Below, in pieces: positions 56,668-62,109 of a stretch of 62,109 nucleotides of DNA. The DNA is from Deltaproteobacteria bacterium (GTDB taxonomy: Bacteria; Desulfobacterota; Syntrophobacteria; BM002). The DNA lies in NCBI GenBank assembly GCA_020347625.1, contig CP070735.1:2628902-2691010 (forward strand), read 5' to 3'. The notes below the pieces were generated by a model. The model was not told where the DNA came from and ran no database searches. It saw only the letters and a list, made by a program, of their open reading frames with translations. The translations under genes and the position numbers were made by a program. Each line of letters begins with the position of its first letter. Positions within the stretch are counted from its first letter, which is position 1.

Positions 56668-59600
56668 ATGCAGATCACGAGAAGAGATTTCATGAAGATC
56701 TCTGGTGCAGCAGTAGGTGGCCTTGCTCTCGGTGGATTGGGTTTCAACCTGACACCGGTCAAGGCACACGCCAAGGCGCTCAAAATTGCCTGGGCGAAGG
56801 AAACTACCACCATCTGCCCCTACTGCGCCGTTGGTTGTGGCATTATTGCACACACCGCCAGAGATGGGTCGGGCAAGCTTATTAACACCGAGGGCGATCC
56901 AGACCACCCCATCAACCAGGGTTCCCTATGCGCCAAGGGTGCAGCCCTTTATCAACTTGTCACTGAGGACAGCAGGGTCAAGACGGTTCTCTACCGAGCC
57001 CCATACAGTAGCAAGTGGGAAAGGAAATCCTGGGATTGGGCCCTGAGCGAGATTGCCAAGCGGGTGAAGCGAAGCCGTGATGCCAGCTTCACAGCCAAGA
57101 ACAGCAAGGGCCAGCTGGTCAATCGGACCAATGGTATCGCCCACGTGGGTAGCGCCGCCCTTGATAACGAGGAATGTTGGGCGCTTCAGGCGATGATGCG
57201 TGCCCTGGGCCTGGTTTACATTGAACATCAGGCCCGTATCTGACACAGCGCCACTGTTGCGGCTCTGGCAGAGTCGTTCGGACGCGGCGCAATGACCAAT
57301 CATTGGATTGACATCGGCAACAGCGACTGCATCCTGGTGATGGGAAGCAACGCTGCCGAAAACCATCCCATCTCCATGAAATGGGTTATGAAAGCCATGG
57401 AGAATGGGGCAACCCTTCTAAGTGTTGATCCCCGTTTTACCCGGACCTCAGCCAAGGCGGATTTTTACACGGCTTTGCGTTCAGGGACCGACATCGCCTT
57501 CTTGGGCGGGATGATCAACTACATTATCGAAAATGAACTCTTTTTCAGCGAGTACCTGGCCTGGTACACCAACGCCAGTTTCATTCTGGGCGGCAAGTAC
57601 GGGTTCGAAGATGGCCTCTTTGCAGGTTACAACCCGCAAACCCGCTCCTACGACAAGTCCTACTGGGCTTTTGAAAGGGAGCCGAGCGGTATTCCCAAAA
57701 AGGACGTCACTCTCAGGCACCCGCGTTGCGTGTTCCAGCAGCTGAAGAAGCATTTTTCCCGTTACACCCTTGATAAAGTCTCGGCCATTACCGGCACACC
57801 CGAAGAGGATCTGCTCAAAGTCTACAAGACCTATGCGGCCTCAGGTGAAAAGGGCAAGGCCGCCACAATCATGTACGCCATGGGCTGGACTCAGCACACT
57901 GTAGGCGTCCAGAACATTCGGGCCATGGCCATTATCCAGTTGCTTCTTGGCAACATGGGAGTGGCCGGCGGCGGGGTGAATGCGCTTCGCGGTGAGTCCA
58001 ATGTCCAGGGCTCCACGGATCACTGCCTGCTCTGGCACATCTGGCCCGGCTACCTGAAGACACCCAGGTCATCCAACGTTTCGTTGGAAGCTTACAACAA
58101 GAAGTGGACTCCGAAGACCAGCGATCCACTCAGCGCCAACTGGTGGGGTAATTATCCCAAGTATTCGGTGAGTTTTCTCAAGTCCATGTTCGGTGTAAAT
58201 GCCACTCAGAAGACCGATTTCGGCTACGACTGGTTGCCCAAGGCAGATGATGGGAAAACATACTCGTGGCTGGATCTGTTTGATGCCATGTACAGAGGTG
58301 AATTCACCGGCTTCTTTGCCTGGGGCCAGAATCCGGCCTGCTCCGGCGCCAATGCCAACAAGAACCGCAAGGCATTTGCCAAGCTGGACTGGATGGTAAA
58401 CGTCAACCTGTTTGATAACGAAACCGGCTCGTTCTGGTATGGCCCGGGAATGGACCCCAAGAAGATCAAGACCGAGGTCTTCTTCCTGCCAGCTGCTGCT
58501 TCCGTGGAAAAGGAAGGCTCCATTACCAACAGTGGTCGCTGGAGTCAGTGGCGTTACAAGGCGACGGATGCGCCCGGAGATGCCCGACCTGACGGCGATA
58601 TCATGGTAGAGCTTTTCGATAAGATTCGGGCGCTTTACCGGAGAAGGAGAGGGGTTTTCCCAACGCCCATCCTGAACCTCAAGTGGGACTATACCACCAA
58701 CGGTAAGTTCGATGCCCACAAGGTGGCAAAGGAGATCAACGGCTACTTTCAGCGGGATGTCACCGTCAAGGGCAAGAACTTCAAGGCGGGGACCTTGGTT
58801 CCCAGTTTCGCCTTCCTGCAGGCGGACGGCTCCACCTCATCGGGTAACTGGCTCTACTGCCAGAGTTACACTGAAAAGGGGAATATGGCAGCGCGCCGCA
58901 GCACCGTGGATAAATCCGGTATCGGTCTCTACTCTGAGTGGTCCTGGTGCTGGCCGGTGAACCGTCGGATTATCTACAACCGGGCCTCGGTGAATCGAAG
59001 AGGCGTGCCCTGGGATCAGGAGCATCCGGTGATTCGCTGGACCGGGGAGAAATGGGCAGGTGATGTGCCTGATGGCGGCTGGCCGCCCATGCTCGACGCC
59101 GACGGCAAGCTGAACCCCAAGACCAAGTACCCCTTCATTATGAAGCCGGAAGGCCATGCTCATGTGTTCGGACCGGGGCGCGCTGACGGGCCCTTTCCCG
59201 AGCACTACGAGCCGCTGGAGTGTCCCATCGAGAAGAACTTGATGAGTGCGCAGTTCGTCAATCCAACCATCAAGGAATTCACCACAGCCGCAGACGCCCG
59301 GGCCACCTGCGATCCACGCTACCCAATAGTTGCCTCGACCTACCGGGTCACCGAGCACTGGCAGACCGGTGTTTTGACCCGCTGGCAGCCTTGGCTCTTG
59401 GAAGCGCAGCCCCAGTCGTTCTGCGAGATGAGTGAAGAGCTAGGAAAGCTAAGGGGCATCCGGAACGGTGACAAGGTTATTGTGGAGTCGGCACGTGGAA
59501 AAGTGGAAGCGGTGGCAATTGTGACCAAACGCTTCCGACCCTTCAAGATTGCCGGTGCCACGATTCATCAAGTGGGATTGCCCTGGTGTTATGGCTGGGT

Positions 59601-59712
59601 CACGCCCAAGGACGGCGGTGACAGTTCAAACTTGCTCACTCCTTCCATCGGTGATCCCAATACGTTGATCCCGGAAACCAAGGCCTTTATGGTCAATGTC
59701 AGGAAGGCATAG
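56668..59712 (+). CDS. fdnG: formate dehydrogenase catalytic subunit, selenocysteine-containing, Tat-exported
   Basis: Tat motif TRRDFMK. CPYCAVGCG [4Fe-4S] motif. In-frame TGA at 57241-57243 in the context HQARI-U-HSATVAALAESFGRGAMTN. ORFs 56629..57243 and 57292..59712 share one frame. Confidence 0.9.
57244..57275 (+). promoter_or_regulatory. candidate SECIS stem-loop just 3' of the UGA
   Basis: CUGUU (57254-57258) can pair with GGCAG (57267-57271). Only hand-folded and weak. Confidence 0.3.
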
Positions 59713-59729
59713 AAGGAGGTGAGACCTGT

Positions 59730-60506
59730 ATGGCTGACAAATCGTTTTTTATAGATACCACGAAGTGTACAGCCTGCCGAGGCTGTCAGGTTGCCTGCAA
59801 GCAGTGGAACAAGTTGCCGGCTACCAAGACATCCAATTGGGGCAGCTACCAGAACCCAGCAGATCTCTCCTTCGCCACCTTCAAGCTAGTCAGATTTAGG
59901 GAGGTGGTTTCCGGGGGTAAGCTGAGATGGTACTTTTTCCCGGACCAGTGCAGGCACTGTCTCGAGCCACCGTGTAAGGACACTGCCGAAGGGTATGTGG
60001 ATGGGGCCATCCTCCAGGATGAGGCCACGGGTGCTGTCATTTATACTGACAAGACCCGCAAGCTAAGCGACTCAGCCTTTGAGGAAGTTCGAGAGTCGTG
60101 CCCTTACAATATACCTCGGCAGGATCCTGCAACTAGATTGGTGACCAAGTGCACCATGTGCTTCGACCGGGTGTCCAATGGTCTAATGCCCGCTTGCGTA
60201 AAGGCCTGTCCCACCGGTACCATGAACTTCGGCAATCGGCGTGACATGATGAAGATGGCCAAGGCGCGGCTGGCACAACTGAAGAAGGCAGGGTACCGTA
60301 AGGCCCAGCTTCTGGATGCGGACTCTATCCGGGTCATTTTCGCAGTGGTGGACGACCCCATGATTTACTACAAGTTTGCCGTTGCGCAAAACGATGTGGG
60401 TATCAATCGCAAGCTGGCCCTGCGCAAACTCCTTCGGCCTGCCACCGGTCTAGTGGCCGGCGTGGCCATGCTGGGGAGCATTGCTGACACCTCGCGATCC
60501 GAATAA
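59730..60506 (+). CDS. fdnH: formate dehydrogenase iron-sulfur subunit with C-terminal TM anchor
   Basis: CTACRGCQVACK, CRHCLEPPC and CTMC..C..ACP clusters. Hydrophobic C-terminal helix. Confidence 0.88.
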   Translation: MADKSFFIDTTKCTACRGCQVACKQWNKLPATKTSNWGSYQNPADLSFATFKLVRFREVVSGGKLRWYFFPDQCRHCLEPPCKDTAEGYVDGAILQDEATGAVIYTDKTRKLSDSAFEEVRESCPYNIPRQDPATRLVTKCTMCFDRVSNGLMPACVKACPTGTMNFGNRRDMMKMAKARLAQLKKAGYRKAQLLDADSIRVIFAVVDDPMIYYKFAVAQNDVGINRKLALRKLLRPATGLVAGVAMLGSIADTSRSE

Positions 60507-60522
60507 GATCGCACCTAATCTC

Positions 60523-60551
60523 GGGAGGGACTTCTGTCCCTCCTTTTTTTT
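60523..60551 (+). terminator. intrinsic terminator after fdnH
   Basis: GGGAGGGAC-ttct-GTCCCTCC followed by T8. Confidence 0.7.
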
Positions 60552-60597
60552 ATGCTATAAAAATGGTGACCGGCCTCAAATCAGAAAGGAAAGGCCC

Positions 60598-61485
60598 ATG
60601 ACTGCTAAGGATCTCGATGACCTCTACCAGCGCATGTCGGATCGGCTCAATCAAATAAAGCGGCAGCGCAGTGAACACGACGAAATCCTGTCGTTTTACG
60701 CCAAGGTATTAACAGCCCAACACGAAGCTCAGCAGGAAACAGTCATTCCCGAAATCGACCTGCAGGAGGATCGGTTCAAGCTAAAGATCGAGGAGGGATT
60801 TCCCCTCATCGAGCGAGAGAATTTTCCCGTAGACAGAGACGGCACTGAGCGTCTCTTTAAGAAGCTCTGCCAGATTTCTCTTGATGAAAATCCAGTGCTT
60901 GCAGCTGCCGGGAAGACCCTGCTCGAGACAATGGATTCCGGAAAGACCGAGTTTGCTCAATTGATTGGCGCAGTTCTAAAGAACGATACAGAGGTCATCG
61001 AGAGCATCGCAAAGGATCTGGAGGTTGACACACCCATTCTTCAGGCCTTGGCAAAGCTGAGCTTACAGCCTTCACTTTTGGCGACGGCCGCAGCTGTTGC
61101 TCAACGCGCTGCCCTGGATGACTGGAAGCACGAATACTGCCCCGTATGCGGGGGACTGCCGGCCATGGCAGCATTGGTGGGTGAAGAAGGCAAACGGCAG
61201 GCCCTCTGCTCATTTTGTGGCCATTTCTGGGAGCTAACCCGGATGAGCTGTCCATATTGTAACAATACCAAGCAGGAAGATCTTCGCTACTTTTACGCGG
61301 AAGGGGAGGCTCTCTATCGGGTGCACATCTGCGAAAAGTGCAAGGGTTATCTCAAAGTCATGGACACCCGCGAGGGTGGTGACCTGAAGGGTTTGGCTGT
61401 GGATGACCTTGCCACCGGTCATCTTGACTTGCTAGCCGAAGAGGAGGGTTACCAGCGTAAGGCCCCTAGGGTCCTAGGAATTTAG
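60598..61485 (+). CDS. fdhE: formate dehydrogenase accessory protein FdhE
   Basis: CPVCGG, CSFCGHFW, CPYC and CEKCKGY motif series. Internal ATG at 60598 chosen. Confidence 0.85.
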   Translation: MTAKDLDDLYQRMSDRLNQIKRQRSEHDEILSFYAKVLTAQHEAQQETVIPEIDLQEDRFKLKIEEGFPLIERENFPVDRDGTERLFKKLCQISLDENPVLAAAGKTLLETMDSGKTEFAQLIGAVLKNDTEVIESIAKDLEVDTPILQALAKLSLQPSLLATAAAVAQRAALDDWKHEYCPVCGGLPAMAALVGEEGKRQALCSFCGHFWELTRMSCPYCNNTKQEDLRYFYAEGEALYRVHICEKCKGYLKVMDTREGGDLKGLAVDDLATGHLDLLAEEEGYQRKAPRVLGI

Positions 61486-61537
61486 ATCCGTTTGGTCTAG
61501 AAAAGGCAGCTGCTGTTTCAGTTATGGCGGTTTAGCT

Positions 61538-61733
61538 GAGAGTACTACTGAGTGGCTGGAGTGTTGGAGTCTGTGAAATCCCAAACTCCAAGCACCAAAT
61601 TACAAACAAATCTCAAATTCCAATACCAAATGACCAAAACAGTTTTGGAATTTTGAATTTTGGTCATTGTGATTTGTTTGATATTTGATATTTGAGATTT
61701 GGAATTTCTATTATTTCACTAATCCGTTACTCC
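61538..61733. repeat. about 200-nt nested heptamer hairpin element (copy T, inverted relative to S)
   Basis: 61575-61640 is the exact reverse complement of 44227-44292. The other arm and the outer GGAGT/ACTCC units are also collinear with copy S. Confidence 0.9.
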
Positions 61734-61809
61734 CGAAGCGATTGAAGTGGAAGGAACTGAGAGCCTGCGTTGATGATGCTCTATAGTCAGCTTGGCCGTG
61801 TGTTGCGCC

Positions 61810-62109
61810 TTATTTTTTCAGTTTCTCCAGTTCTCCGACGAGAACTTCCAAACGTGGCCTGGTGTTGATGTCGTGCACGTCTATGTAGCGAATAATTCCC
61901 TTCTTGTCGATTACAAACAGGGCCCTCTCGCTGACGCCATCCGATCGTAAAACCCCATATTTATCTGCCACCGCACCGTGAGGGTAAAAGTCCGAGAGCA
62001 CGGGGAACCACAACGTCCCACCACCCATGCACATTTGATTGGTCCAGGCATACAGGGTTGGAATGTTGTCTACCGTGATGCCCAGAAGGATGGCGTCGTT
62101 TTGGTCGAA
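61810..62109 (-). CDS. peroxiredoxin (AhpC/TSA family), 5' end outside the window
   Basis: The frame stays open to the window edge (FDQNDAILLGITVDNIPTLYAWTNQ...). The C-terminal half is Prx-like. Confidence 0.75.
   Translation of the reverse strand, partial: FDQNDAILLGITVDNIPTLYAWTNQMCMGGGTLWFPVLSDFYPHGAVADKYGVLRSDGVSERALFVIDKKGIIRYIDVHDINTRPRLEVLVGELEKLKK

Noticed and set aside
57241-57243. TGA splitting the formate dehydrogenase gene into two ORFs (possible pseudogene)
   Set aside because: Both ORFs are in the same frame, and the stop sits in the canonical HQARx-U-HSxTV context of Sec-containing FdnG/FdhA. It is interpreted as selenocysteine.
1221-61733. Possibility that the short tandem repeats are CRISPR arrays
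   Set aside because: The units are 7 nt and directly abutting. There are no 25-40-nt repeats, no unique spacers and no cas genes in the window.

Overview
62.1-kb chromosomal window, about 50% GC by eye. Gene content suggests an anaerobic deltaproteobacterium-type organism (Thermodesulfobacteriota, possibly a syntroph); this is inference only. The supporting genes are a selenocysteine periplasmic formate dehydrogenase, a ferredoxin-fused bifurcating-type EtfAB, rubrerythrin with a type-2 rubredoxin, sigma-54 regulation and many PilZ proteins. The left half is housekeeping: tRNA-Glu/Gln, then yceD-rpmF-fabH-[acyl-CoA dehydrogenase-etfB-etfA]-fabG-fabF-rpiB-glyA-dCMP deaminase-nrdR-ribD-ribE-ribBA-ribH-nusB-leuS-lptE, then rpsT. 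The right half is more accessory. It holds PilZ/response-regulator genes, tRNA-Gly/Cys/Leu, a macro-domain protein, suhB, an HNH nuclease, an OFA-type MFS transporter and a pseudo-receiver-PAS-Ser/Thr kinase. It also holds a MoxR AAA+/GXGXG/VWA/metallophosphoesterase/GNAT operon, a radical SAM enzyme, a signal-peptide Ni-SOD, an M16C peptidase, fdnG(Sec)-fdnH-fdhE and a partial peroxiredoxin. A PAS-sigma-54 activator is followed by heptamer UAS sites, a -24/-12 promoter and an oxygen-defence operon containing several unannotated Cys-rich mini-proteins. The most striking unexplained signal is non-coding. At least 26 intergenic loci (about 3.5-4 kb by hand delineation) consist of tandem degenerate 7-nt units arranged as inverted arms, forming long nested hairpins. 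They are built from about a dozen recurring unit families. Copies differ by whole-unit (14-nt) indels, and one 66-nt arm is perfectly identical at two loci 17 kb apart. All coordinates and motif calls were read by hand from the sequence; no database search was possible.
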